From the IMG/VR virus record IMGVR_UViG_3300035208_005635, positions 1-64,000 of that record: a stretch of 64,000 nucleotides of DNA. One strand, 5' to 3'. The notes under the pieces were generated by a model. It made no database searches, was not told the origin of the DNA, and was given only the letters and a program-made list of their open reading frames with translations. This document shows positions 48,792 to 57,237 of the stretch, piece by piece. A program made the position numbers and the translations under genes. Numbering within the stretch: position 1 is the first letter of the stretch; every line of letters begins with the position of its first letter. The DNA is from a virus. Taxonomy: Duplodnaviria; Heunggongvirae; Uroviricota; Caudoviricetes.

Positions 48792-48865
48792 CCAATATAG
48801 CTCAACTGGCTAGAGCAATTCTCTTGTAAAGAAAAGGTTAGAGGTTCGAACCCTCTTATTGGCTC
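48792..48865 (+). tRNA. tRNA-Thr (anticodon TGT)
   Basis: Acceptor gccaata/tattggc. D-arm gctc..gagc. Anticodon loop ctTGTaa. T-arm agagg-ttcgaac-cctct. Confidence 0.8.
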
Positions 48866-48872
48866 TAAAAAG

Positions 48873-48943
48873 TAGGGATAGTTCAGTGGCAGAATACTCG
48901 CCTCCAAAGCGAAAGACAAGAGTTCGATTCTCTAGCCCTATGC
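48873..48943 (+). tRNA. tRNA-Trp (anticodon CCA)
   Basis: Acceptor gtaggga/gccctat. D-arm gttc..gaat. Anticodon stem ctcgc/gcgaa with loop ctCCAaa. T-arm aagag-ttcgatt-ctcta. Confidence 0.7.
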
Positions 48944-48971
48944 AAATTAATTTAATAATGAAATAAAAAAA

Positions 48972-49271
48972 ATGATAATTAATAAAAAGTATTTCACAAA
49001 AAGAGAATTAAAAAATTCTGAAGAGGCAATTATTCTAGCGAGAAAAATAATGGCTGGCGAGTCTGAGAATAGCACCTTAAAATATGACGCCTTAAGAAAG
49101 AAAATAAGAGAAATGGACTTAGATAAAGAGAGCAATCATTATATTTATTTAGTTGGTGAAAGAGTGTCTGATTTAATCATAGCTACGCATTGTCCTATTA
49201 ATGGAAATTTCGCTTTCAGGAAATGCACACAAGAAGAGTGGTTAGATTATTATCATAAATATGTAATGTAA
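48972..49271 (+). CDS. hypothetical protein
   Basis: 99 aa ORF. Confidence 0.4.
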   Translation: MIINKKYFTKRELKNSEEAIILARKIMAGESENSTLKYDALRKKIREMDLDKESNHYIYLVGERVSDLIIATHCPINGNFAFRKCTQEEWLDYYHKYVM

Positions 49272-49272
49272 T

Positions 49273-49344
49273 CGCGGGGTAGAGAAATTGGCATCTCGTC
49301 GGTCTCATAATCCGAAGGAGCGGGTTCGAATCCCGCCTCCGCAA
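49273..49344 (+). tRNA. initiator tRNA-fMet (anticodon CAT)
   Basis: CGCGGGGTAGAG...GTCGGTCTCATAATCCGAAGG...GGGTTCGAATCCCGCCTCCGCAA. C1xA72 mismatch. Near-identical in layout to the bacterial initiator tRNA. Confidence 0.9.
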
Positions 49345-49591
49345 CAAGGTATTTGCTTTTTGCAAATAGCACTTTGTCCGTTTCTTATTTGTTATCGTAA
49401 GAACAAATAAGTTAAGGAAGACAATTAATTCGTGGCAACCGAAGGGGATAATCAGGGCTTAAAAGCCTAGTAGCCCGTTGATTGAGGATTACGAGCCAAA
49501 TATATCAACGTATGACTAATAAATAATCTTTTTATTAGTTGCGAGACCTCTGCTGGAATAGGCTATGCCGCCGAAGTGCTATTCGCTAAAA

Positions 49592-49664
49592 GCGAATGTA
49601 ATATAACGGTTTAGTATGACAGTTTTCCAAACTGTTCGCGTGGGTTCGACTCCCACTATTCGCA
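49592..49664 (+). tRNA. tRNA-Gly (anticodon TCC)
   Basis: Acceptor gcgaatg/tattcgc. Anticodon stem acagt/actgt with loop ttTCCaa. T-arm gtggg-ttcgact-cccac. Confidence 0.8.
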
Positions 49665-49669
49665 CAAGA

Positions 49670-49753
49670 GCTACTGTGGTGGAATTGGCAGACACGCAAC
49701 ACTTAAAATGTTGTGGGGGAAACCCCATAGAGGTTCAACTCCTCTCAGTAGCA
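49670..49753 (+). tRNA. tRNA-Leu (anticodon TAA), type II with long variable arm
   Basis: Acceptor gctactg/cagtagc. Anticodon stem caaca/tgttg with loop ctTAAaa. Variable arm gggggaaacccca. T-arm agagg-ttcaact-cctct. Confidence 0.85.
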
Positions 49754-49758
49754 CAGAA

Positions 49759-49839
49759 GCTCCTGTAGAGAAACTGGTAAACTCGCCTGCCTTAGAAGCA
49801 GGAGCGAAAGCAGTCTGGGTTCGAATCCCAGCAGGAGCA
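49759..49839 (+). tRNA. tRNA-Leu (anticodon TAG), type II
   Basis: Acceptor gctcctg/caggagc. Anticodon stem cctgc/gcagg with loop ctTAGaa. T-arm ctggg-ttcgaat-cccag. Confidence 0.85.
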
Positions 49840-49844
49840 CGTAT

Positions 49845-49915
49845 TGGCTTGTAGCTCAACGGTAGAGCACTGAACTGATACTTCATAGACCTTGGTTCGA
49901 CTCCAAGTAAGCCTA
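49845..49915 (+). tRNA. tRNA-Ile (anticodon GAT)
   Basis: TA-GCTCAACGGTAGAGC D-arm. Anticodon loop ctGATac. T-arm cttgg-ttcgact-ccaag. The exact acceptor boundaries are uncertain (U1-U72 mismatch in my fold). Confidence 0.6.
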
Positions 49916-49971
49916 CTGAGATTAATATATAAAAATAAAGTGACTGACTGTTTCCTCTTGACAAGGAGGAA

Positions 49972-50361
49972 GTGAGAAGTATCCCACTTATTTCTTCTCT
50001 TGCCGAGAGGAAAGAGTTAAAAATTATGTTAAATGCCGAACAAGAAAAAAAGAAAAGAGAAATGCTAAATAAGATTGATGATATGGTTAGGAAGGGGCAA
50101 GTAGTTACTATTCAGGATGAATTTCCTGAAGATGCAGTTATTACTTGTATGGCTATTGAGGACGATGATTATGAAAAAATAAATGAATGGTGGGCTTTAG
50201 AAGCAAACAAGTCCTATCCGAGAGAAGTTTTCTGTGATGAGTGTAAAAGACAAGTAATGATGTCTAATTCGATGTGGTCAGCCTATCAGAAATCAGAAAA
50301 GAAACCAAAGGTAGTTTGCGGAAAATGTATCTTAAAAGTTATCCGCAGGGAAGGGTCTTGA
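49972..50361 (+). CDS. hypothetical zinc-ribbon protein (start possibly at the Met near 50027)
   Basis: CDECKRQ ... CGKC. Confidence 0.4.
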   Translation: MRSIPLISSLAERKELKIMLNAEQEKKKREMLNKIDDMVRKGQVVTIQDEFPEDAVITCMAIEDDDYEKINEWWALEANKSYPREVFCDECKRQVMMSNSMWSAYQKSEKKPKVVCGKCILKVIRREGS

Positions 50362-50415
50362 CTTTCCGTTTTTTATCTGCTATAATTATAATTAGAAAGT
50401 TTAAAATTATTTTAT

Positions 50416-50820
50416 TTGTATTATATGTATGAATTGAAACTAAAACATAAATTTTCGGCGGCTCATCATTTAGAAAATTATGATGGTGCTTGTGCTAATG
50501 TTCACGGTCATACTTGGTCTGTTCTTATATCTATAAAGACAAATACTTTGGTTAACGATATGGTTGTTGACTTTAAGGAGCTTAAGGCTTTAATAGATGA
50601 GAGATATGACCATAAAGATATAAATAAACAAGTTGTTTTTAATCCTACTGCTGAGCATATTTCGGGAGATATTTATAGTTTAATAAAAGATTATCTCAGA
50701 CCAAAGAACGGAGAGGAAGAAGTTCCGTATACAATTAAGGTAACTGTTTGGGAGGCAGACAATGCTAGTATTACTTATACCGGTGTTGACGCTATTAGTG
50801 AACGCCGGATTACAAATTAG
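50416..50820 (+). CDS. queD: 6-carboxy-5,6,7,8-tetrahydropterin synthase QueD
   Basis: 134 aa T-fold protein with the CANVHGHTW (Cx3HGH) zinc/catalytic motif typical of QueD/PTPS. Confidence 0.75.
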   Translation: MYYMYELKLKHKFSAAHHLENYDGACANVHGHTWSVLISIKTNTLVNDMVVDFKELKALIDERYDHKDINKQVVFNPTAEHISGDIYSLIKDYLRPKNGEEEVPYTIKVTVWEADNASITYTGVDAISERRITN

Positions 50821-50842
50821 AGTCCATTTAAGGACTCTTTTT
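50820..50842 (+). terminator. rho-independent terminator after queD
   Basis: gagtcc-attta-ggactc hairpin followed by ttttt. Confidence 0.6.
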
Positions 50843-50854
50843 ATATATAAAAAA

Positions 50855-50953
50855 ATGTCAACAAAAAAAAATTGCAAAGAGCAAAAAAGTAGTAGCGAAA
50901 AAAGCAGTTAAGAAAACTGCAAAAAAGCCTGCTACAAAAAAGAAGGCTAAGTA
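50855..50953 (+). CDS. tiny lysine-rich basic ORF (histone H1-like KKAVKKTAKKPATKKKAK)
   Basis: 32 aa, MSTKKNCKEQKVVAKKAVKKTAKKPATKKKAK. No SD. Below the ORF-track size cut-off. Confidence 0.2.
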
Positions 50954-51144
50954 AAGAGCAAGGAGGCGTTTATTCGCCTCTCTGGGAGTGGGTCATTATC
51001 CTCTATTTGCCAATTAGAAATTTAATTTCAGTTGGTCATAAGAGTAGGGCGTAAGAAGACCTCTCATAGCTACTCATTTTTATCTAATGACTTACGCCCA
51101 GAGATGCTAGAATATAGCTTGTCAAAGTCAAATGTCATAAGTCT

Positions 51145-51603
51145 ATGTTTAGTCCAAATTCTCCAACAGAGAAAAGTCAGCGTCCTACCCTTAGCAGTCC
51201 TTTGGGTAAAATATATTCAAAGGTTATTAGTATGAGAGAGGAGGAGAGAACCTATTTAAAAGGAAGAATTCTCACTCTAATAGATGGGGTTATCTCCGAT
51301 GTTATTCAGAGAAAAGCAGTAAAAGACCTAGTTAACACTATCTTTCGTGATAAAATATTCTTTTTTCAGGAATTAGGCCCTTTACTAGAAGGTTTTAAGA
51401 ATAAATATAGTCTTCATCATTTAGAGAAAAATGTTGCTAAATACTCAAAAGTATCAGATATTTCTGAAGAAGCAGGGTTTAAATTTCCTGCGGAAGAAAT
51501 AGGAGTATATCCTCACGAAGATTATTTTATTGACTGCTTATCTGTATTAAGCAGTGATTCAAGCAGTGATGGGGAAGAAAGTAAAGTAGAAGAAACAAAG
51601 TAA
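51145..51603 (+). CDS. hypothetical acidic protein (start possibly at the Met near 51232)
   Basis: 152 aa. Ser/Asp/Glu-rich C-terminus. Confidence 0.35.
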   Translation: MFSPNSPTEKSQRPTLSSPLGKIYSKVISMREEERTYLKGRILTLIDGVISDVIQRKAVKDLVNTIFRDKIFFFQELGPLLEGFKNKYSLHHLEKNVAKYSKVSDISEEAGFKFPAEEIGVYPHEDYFIDCLSVLSSDSSSDGEESKVEETK

Positions 51604-51754
51604 TTTAATAATTTAATTTATTTTGACTTTGACAAAGTGTATTTTAGATTTAAGGATTAAACCTGCGAAAGCAGTGTGCCGTTTCTTCCTACAAAAGGGG
51701 CTCACCTCCCTTCCTTTGTGGGTTTAGTTCTTAAAGTATTTAACCAAAATTTTT

Positions 51755-52486
51755 ATGCTAAAAGTTCACGAAGTCTTTAAGTCATTCCAGGGGGAGGGCG
51801 TGGACATTGGAATGCCGATGGTTTTTGTTAGGTTTGTTGGTTGTAATCTTGCTTGCAAATGGTGTGATACTTTATACGCTAGTCGTCCTAATTCTGAATA
51901 TAGAGAATATTTTGCTTTGCCTTTAATAGAAGAGATAGAGAAATTTGAAAATACTAGAGGAGTTACTTTAACAGGCGGGGAGCCGATGGTTCAGGATACC
52001 TTAGAACTAGACACGCTAATTTATGAATTAAAGGGAAAAGGACATTTTATAAATATAGAAACTAATGGAATTTTTCTTCCTGTTTTAACTAACGATAAGT
52101 TAGTAGATAGATTTAGTATTTCTCCTAAATTAAGCTCTTCAAAAAATAAAAATAGTCCTAATTTAGATACTTTATCTAAATACTTAAACGATTATCCTCA
52201 TAAGATATTCTTTAAATTTGTTATAAGTAATGAAGAAGAGCTTTTAGAGATGTTTGCTGTTTTGGAAAGCTTAAAACAAAAAGATATTAATATTTTGAAT
52301 ATACCTATAGTAGTTCAGCCTAACATAGACCCAAAAAAGGCAGAAAATTTTGTTGCTCAACAAGATGCTTTTAAAGACATATTAAAAGAAATATTATTTA
52401 AACACGCTTACTTATCTAGACAATATAATATTCGAGTTATTCCTCAATTCCATAAATATCTATGGGCAAACAAAAAAGGAGTTTAA
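51755..52486 (+). CDS. queE: 7-carboxy-7-deazaguanine synthase QueE (radical SAM)
   Basis: N-terminus LKVHEVFKSFQGEG (QueE signature). CNLACKWCDT radical-SAM CxxxCxxC. 243 aa. Confidence 0.8.
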   Translation: MLKVHEVFKSFQGEGVDIGMPMVFVRFVGCNLACKWCDTLYASRPNSEYREYFALPLIEEIEKFENTRGVTLTGGEPMVQDTLELDTLIYELKGKGHFINIETNGIFLPVLTNDKLVDRFSISPKLSSSKNKNSPNLDTLSKYLNDYPHKIFFKFVISNEEELLEMFAVLESLKQKDINILNIPIVVQPNIDPKKAENFVAQQDAFKDILKEILFKHAYLSRQYNIRVIPQFHKYLWANKKGV

Positions 52487-52599
52487 AAAGCATTCTATTA
52501 AATACAATAGCAAGAATTACTATATTTTCTTTGATTGCGATTATTTTCTATTTAATTACTAGCTATTTGAAGTTAAGGAGTTTCTTCTAATTATTATTT

Positions 52600-52812
52600 A
52601 TGACCTATGAAGAGTTTACTAAGAAAATTATTATTCTGCACACAACTAAGAAGGCATTTAACGGGGGGAGTTCTGTTCAGTCGCATATAATATTTAATAA
52701 AAAATTATTTTCTAAGAGTATTAGAAAATTTGTAAGTAAAACAGAATTAGAAATAGCCAAAAATTCTGCCATCGAAGACGCTTACCAAAAATATATTAAA
52801 GAGAAAAAATAA
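52600..52812 (+). CDS. hypothetical protein
   Basis: 70 aa ORF. Confidence 0.3.
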   Translation: MTYEEFTKKIIILHTTKKAFNGGSSVQSHIIFNKKLFSKSIRKFVSKTELEIAKNSAIEDAYQKYIKEKK

Positions 52813-52816
52813 AATT

Positions 52817-54520
52817 ATGTGGTTAAAGACTAAAGAAGAATTTGAAAAATCAGATTTTCCATTACTAATGGCGTTGGATACTGAAACTACAAGTTTAAAC
52901 CCTAGAGAAGCAGAAATGGAAGGAATAGGTTGGGGGGACGGAAAAAAGCAATATTATGTCGACTGGGCTTCCTGTGATTTTAAAGAGGACTTTAAAAAGA
53001 AATTATCCGAAGTCTTTAAAACTAATACCGTTATTTTCCACAATGCTAAGTTTGATATAAAAATTTTAAAGAGTGTTCTTAATATAGATTATCCAGAAAA
53101 AATTCACGATACGATGATAATGAGTTATTTATTGAATGAGAATAGAGGACACGGTTTGAAAGATTTGACTAAAACACTACTAAGAAGAAAGGTAGTCGAA
53201 TACGATGATGTAGCCAAAACTCCAAATTTATTCCAGACAGAGGAAATGATAAAAGACGATATGGCGAATTATTGTTGTGCTGATGTAAAAAATACTTTTG
53301 ATTTATATACTAAGTTTTCTCCGCTTATTCGGGAAGAAGAAATTTCTCTTTGCTATGAGAAGATAGAAATTCCGCTGATAAAAGTTTTAGCGGATATGGA
53401 GTTAAGAGGAGTAAAAATAAACTTAGAGTTATTACAGAATTTAGAAAATAAGGCAGAGGCAATTTTATTAGAAAAAGAATCTCTAATAAAAGAATTAGTA
53501 GGAAGTCAGAGTATGAACGTTCGTTCCAGTAAGCAATTAAGAGATTTAATCTTTGATAAACTCGGAGTTAAGCCGGTTATTTTTACACCTGGAGGAGAGC
53601 CTTCCACAGATAATGAATCTCTTAAATTATTAGCCAAGTCCAACAGTGCTGTTAAAGCCATTCTTGATTTCAGAGAATTTGATAAATTAAATGGGACTTA
53701 TTTAATAGGTTTAAAGGAAAAAGCAGAGAAAGGAATTTTATATACAGATTTTTTACAGCATAGAACTAGGTCAGGAAGATTAGCTAGTGCCAATCCTAAT
53801 TTACAGAATATTCCGGCTAGAAGCGATGAATTTAATATTAGAGATGCCTTTATACCTAGACCAGGGTATAAATTAATAGTTGCTGATTATAGTCAAATAG
53901 AATTACGTATAGTTGCTCATTATTCGCAAGAAGATTCAATGATGAAAACATTTAGAGAGGGCGGAGATATTCATCAATTAACCGCTGATATGGTTGGTTG
54001 CACTAGAAAGCACGCTAAGGCTATTAACTTCGGTTTAATTTATGGCCTAAGTGCAATGAGTTTAGCGAAAGACCTAGAGGTTTCTCAAGAGCAGGCAGAG
54101 ACATATATGAATACTTTTTTTTCTAAGTATTCTAAATTGAAACAGTATATAAATTCAGTCCAGACTCGAGGATTATTCGATGGCTATATAACCACCCTTT
54201 CAGGAAGACGCAGAAGATTTAAAGTTTATAGAGGAATGGATAGAGGGGATTTAGAATCTACAAAGAGAAAATTAATTAATACAAGAATACAAGGTGGGGC
54301 GGCAGACTTAATGAAAATAGCAATGGTGAGGATGAGCAAGGCTTTGAGAAAGTATGATGCCTATATGTTGATGCAGATTCACGATGAAATTGTAGTAGAA
54401 GCGAAAGAATCACAAATCGCGGAAATTAGTCAGGTTATAAAAGATTCGATGGAAAAAGCTGTTAGTTTCTCAATACCTATTCCAGTAGAATTAACTGTTG
54501 CAGACTGCTGGAAAAAATAA
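52817..54520 (+). CDS. polA: family-A DNA polymerase (Pol I-like) with 3'-5' proofreading exonuclease and no 5'-3' exonuclease domain
   Basis: Exo I LMALDTETT. Exo II FHNAKFDIKIL. Exo III YCCADV. Pol motif A VADYSQIELR. Motif B RKHAKAINFGLIYG. Motif C LMQIHDEIVVE. Confidence 0.85.
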   Translation: MWLKTKEEFEKSDFPLLMALDTETTSLNPREAEMEGIGWGDGKKQYYVDWASCDFKEDFKKKLSEVFKTNTVIFHNAKFDIKILKSVLNIDYPEKIHDTMIMSYLLNENRGHGLKDLTKTLLRRKVVEYDDVAKTPNLFQTEEMIKDDMANYCCADVKNTFDLYTKFSPLIREEEISLCYEKIEIPLIKVLADMELRGVKINLELLQNLENKAEAILLEKESLIKELVGSQSMNVRSSKQLRDLIFDKLGVKPVIFTPGGEPSTDNESLKLLAKSNSAVKAILDFREFDKLNGTYLIGLKEKAEKGILYTDFLQHRTRSGRLASANPNLQNIPARSDEFNIRDAFIPRPGYKLIVADYSQIELRIVAHYSQEDSMMKTFREGGDIHQLTADMVGCTRKHAKAINFGLIYGLSAMSLAKDLEVSQEQAETYMNTFFSKYSKLKQYINSVQTRGLFDGYITTLSGRRRRFKVYRGMDRGDLESTKRKLINTRIQGGAADLMKIAMVRMSKALRKYDAYMLMQIHDEIVVEAKESQIAEISQVIKDSMEKAVSFSIPIPVELTVADCWKK

Positions 54521-54544
54521 TTTAATTTTTAACTATAAAAATTT

Positions 54545-54847
54545 ATGTTTGAAGACAGAAAAGACGAAGATAAACAACCTTCCTGTGAAGTAGAACTAAA
54601 AGGTTCTATTGATAGAGAAATTAATAGACTAGAGAAGAATGTAAATTTTCTTTTGTCTAAAATTAACTTGCTAGAAAAAAGAGTAAAACCCGTAATAGCT
54701 AACAATCGAGAAAATTCTCAAAATGAGCAAAAAGAGGATGAAGAAACTCCAAATACCGAATTAGGAAAGACCATAAGAGAGATAAATCTAATTGTTGAAA
54801 ATTCTTTTGAGTTATTGTTGGATGTTATTAATGGTATTGAATTATAA
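54545..54847 (+). CDS. hypothetical coiled-coil protein
   Basis: 100 aa ORF. Confidence 0.35.
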   Translation: MFEDRKDEDKQPSCEVELKGSIDREINRLEKNVNFLLSKINLLEKRVKPVIANNRENSQNEQKEDEETPNTELGKTIREINLIVENSFELLLDVINGIEL

Positions 54848-54909
54848 CGAATAAAAAAAGTAGACATCTAAAAAGAATTGCTATTTCTCCCAGTTCTATT
54901 CTTCATTTA

Positions 54910-55104
54910 ATGCGGGGAGGAACTTTTCACATTACTCATAACGAAGTTTTACCGAAAGACATAAGGATAGTTAATGTGTATTTTTCTCCTGAAACTGATT
55001 GTTTTATCTTAGTTCTAGAAAGTGCAGAATTTCCGGTAATTTCTGAGGGAGAAATAATCCCTTTAATAGCAGACAATATAATAATTCAACAAGAACCTTA
55101 TTAA
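54910..55104 (+). CDS. hypothetical protein
   Basis: 64 aa ORF. Confidence 0.3.
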   Translation: MRGGTFHITHNEVLPKDIRIVNVYFSPETDCFILVLESAEFPVISEGEIIPLIADNIIIQQEPY

Positions 55105-55105
55105 T

Positions 55106-56896
55106 ATGATAAATATTACCCAAGAGCAATTAGAAAAAGATTCTTTGGAATTAGCAAAGAAAATTAAAAAATTTGGAACTAAGTTTGGATATGTAATAGG
55201 TATTTCAAGAGGGGGAATTATCCCAGCTCAAATAATTGCTAAAGAATTAGAAATTCCTTTCAAAAGTTCTGAGGAAATTAAATTCTTTGATTTTTCAAAG
55301 ATGCCCATTTCTTACCCTGGTGCTAGATTGCTTATTGTTGACGATTTAATTGATTCAGGGAAAACTCTGAAAGAGTTAGCTTTTAACCTTTCTTCTTTTA
55401 CGGTCAGAACGGCTGTTTTGTATAAGAAGAAAAATAAAAATCAAGCTATTTGTCCTAATTATTTTTTAAAGGAAGTTCCTAATCAATGGGTGTGTCTTCC
55501 TCACGAAGAAGGTTATGGAGTAGAAGACCATATTACTAGAATATTAGAATTTGTTGGAGAAGACCCAACAAGAGAAGGGTTAAAAGATACCCCTAGACGG
55601 GTCGCTAAGATGTATACTGAGATATTTAGAGGATACGACCCTACTCAGAAACCTAAGATAACTACTTTTCTTAACGGAAAGGATGGTATTACTTATAGTC
55701 AGATGATTATAGACGAAGGAACTTTTTATTCGCATTGCTTAACAGGAGATACGCAAATAAAAACTGTCAGAGGTATTTTCAGAATAAAGGATTTAGTAGG
55801 AAGAACAGAAGATGTCTTTTGTTATGATGAGAAGAATAAGAGATTTACAATTGCAAAAGCAAAAGACATAAGAATGACCTCTAAAAAAGCAGAGATTCTT
55901 AAGCTCACCACTGACTATGGGGCAATTTATGCAACAAGCGAGCATAAATTTTTGACCTACAACAGAGGTTGGGTAATGTTAAAAGACCTAAAACCAAAAG
56001 ATAGCTTAGTTGCTTTAAACTCTAGACTCTCAGGAAGTTACCTTACAACACAAGTATCTGATTCAAGAGATGGTTGGAGGAAAGAACATAATTTTATCTA
56101 TGAGGAGATGTCAGGAGAAAAATTAAAAAGTAAGGAGTTAGTTCATCATATTGATGGTGATAAAAGAAATAATATCTATGAGAATTTACAGAAGATGATA
56201 AATAAAGACCACACAGGGCTACACGCCAGAAAATATATGGCCTCCCTTTCTTCTGAACAAAAGTCAGAAATAGGCAAAAAAGCAAATTGGGGTTTTATTA
56301 GTTTAAGAGAAAAAGAGCCAGAGAAGTATAAATTAGTTAAAGAAAAAGCTAGAAATTCTTTAAAAAAGATGTATTCTAGCGAGAGGGGAATAGCTTTAAA
56401 GGAAAAGAAAAGTCGCGATACAAAAATTTGGTGGAAAAACAGAAAAGAAAAGAAGATGAAAAATCACCGAGTTGTAAAAGTTGAGTTTTCAGGATTTGAG
56501 CCTGTTTATAATATGGAAGTAGAGAAGTATCATAATTTTGTGGCTAATAGCCTCGTAGTCCATAATTGTGAGCATCATATGGTTCCATTCTTCGGAAAAT
56601 ACTATTTTGCGTATATACCAAATAAGACAATTATTGGTTTAAGTAAAGTTGCTCGAATAGTTGATTATTATTCTGCTAGATTGCAGGTTCAAGAAAGACT
56701 TGTCAGACAAATTGTAGATGAGATTGAGAAGTCCTGTAAGCCTCGTGGTATAGCATTGGTTATGAAGGCGGAGCATTTATGCAAAACAATGCGAGGTGTT
56801 AAAAAACAAGGTGTTATGACTGCTAGCGAGCTAAGAGGCTCTTTTGTTAAAGATTCTAAAGTTAGACAAGAATTTTTATCACTAATAAAAATATGA
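55106..56896 (+). CDS. folE: phosphoribosyltransferase-domain / GTP cyclohydrolase I (FolE) fusion, interrupted by an HNH intein
   Basis: Residues 1-135 form a type-I PRTase (VIGISRGGIIPA ... LLIVDDLIDSGKTL). Residues 140-210 plus the C-terminal 109 aa form FolE (EDPTREGLKDTPRRVAKMY ... FYSHC / CEHHMVPFFGKYYFAYIPN...). The intein sits exactly between YSH and CEHH. Confidence 0.75.
   Translation: MINITQEQLEKDSLELAKKIKKFGTKFGYVIGISRGGIIPAQIIAKELEIPFKSSEEIKFFDFSKMPISYPGARLLIVDDLIDSGKTLKELAFNLSSFTVRTAVLYKKKNKNQAICPNYFLKEVPNQWVCLPHEEGYGVEDHITRILEFVGEDPTREGLKDTPRRVAKMYTEIFRGYDPTQKPKITTFLNGKDGITYSQMIIDEGTFYSHCLTGDTQIKTVRGIFRIKDLVGRTEDVFCYDEKNKRFTIAKAKDIRMTSKKAEILKLTTDYGAIYATSEHKFLTYNRGWVMLKDLKPKDSLVALNSRLSGSYLTTQVSDSRDGWRKEHNFIYEEMSGEKLKSKELVHHIDGDKRNNIYENLQKMINKDHTGLHARKYMASLSSEQKSEIGKKANWGFISLREKEPEKYKLVKEKARNSLKKMYSSERGIALKEKKSRDTKIWWKNRKEKKMKNHRVVKVEFSGFEPVYNMEVEKYHNFVANSLVVHNCEHHMVPFFGKYYFAYIPNKTIIGLSKVARIVDYYSARLQVQERLVRQIVDEIEKSCKPRGIALVMKAEHLCKTMRGVKKQGVMTASELRGSFVKDSKVRQEFLSLIKI
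55736..56566 (+). mobile_element. intein (277 aa) with HNH homing endonuclease in FolE
   Basis: Begins CLTGDTQIKT. HNH region ELVHHIDGDKRNNIYENLQKMINKDHTGLH. Ends VVHN with a +1 Cys that is the catalytic CEHH cysteine. Confidence 0.75.
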
Positions 56897-57225
56897 CATC
56901 AATAATTGTAAAATCTAATTTTGTTGGTTTTCATTGTTGGCTTCGAGCACCAGATGAAGTTTCTTTTCTCAGAGAATATCACAGACATATTTTTTATGTA
57001 GAGTTAAAGATAGAGGTAAAGTCTTCAGATAGAGAATTAGAGTTTTTTACTGTTCAGAATAAATTAAAGGAAAGGATTGACACTGATTACAGAAATCAGT
57101 ATTTTCACAAGAGCTGTGAAATGATTGCTGAAGAATTGCGAAATAACTTTTTAGGTCTTTACCCGTCAAGAAATATCTCAGTTTTAGTTTCAGAGGATGG
57201 TGAGAACAGTGCCTTATGTGAATAA
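56893..57225 (+). CDS. hypothetical 110-aa protein in the deazaguanine island
   Basis: The size fits T-fold enzymes. No confident motif. Confidence 0.3.
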   Translation: MTSIIVKSNFVGFHCWLRAPDEVSFLREYHRHIFYVELKIEVKSSDRELEFFTVQNKLKERIDTDYRNQYFHKSCEMIAEELRNNFLGLYPSRNISVLVSEDGENSALCE

Positions 57226-57237
57226 TTTATATATTAT

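Noticed and set aside
49671-49964. 97-aa minus-strand ORF across the tRNA cluster
   Set aside because: It lies entirely over tRNA-Leu, tRNA-Leu and tRNA-Ile on the opposite strand, so it is an artefact.
51604-51754. preQ1 riboswitch upstream of queE
   Set aside because: I could not find the GGUUC...CACCC...AAAAAACUA (class I) or class II signatures by eye. It is kept only as a low-interest structured leader.
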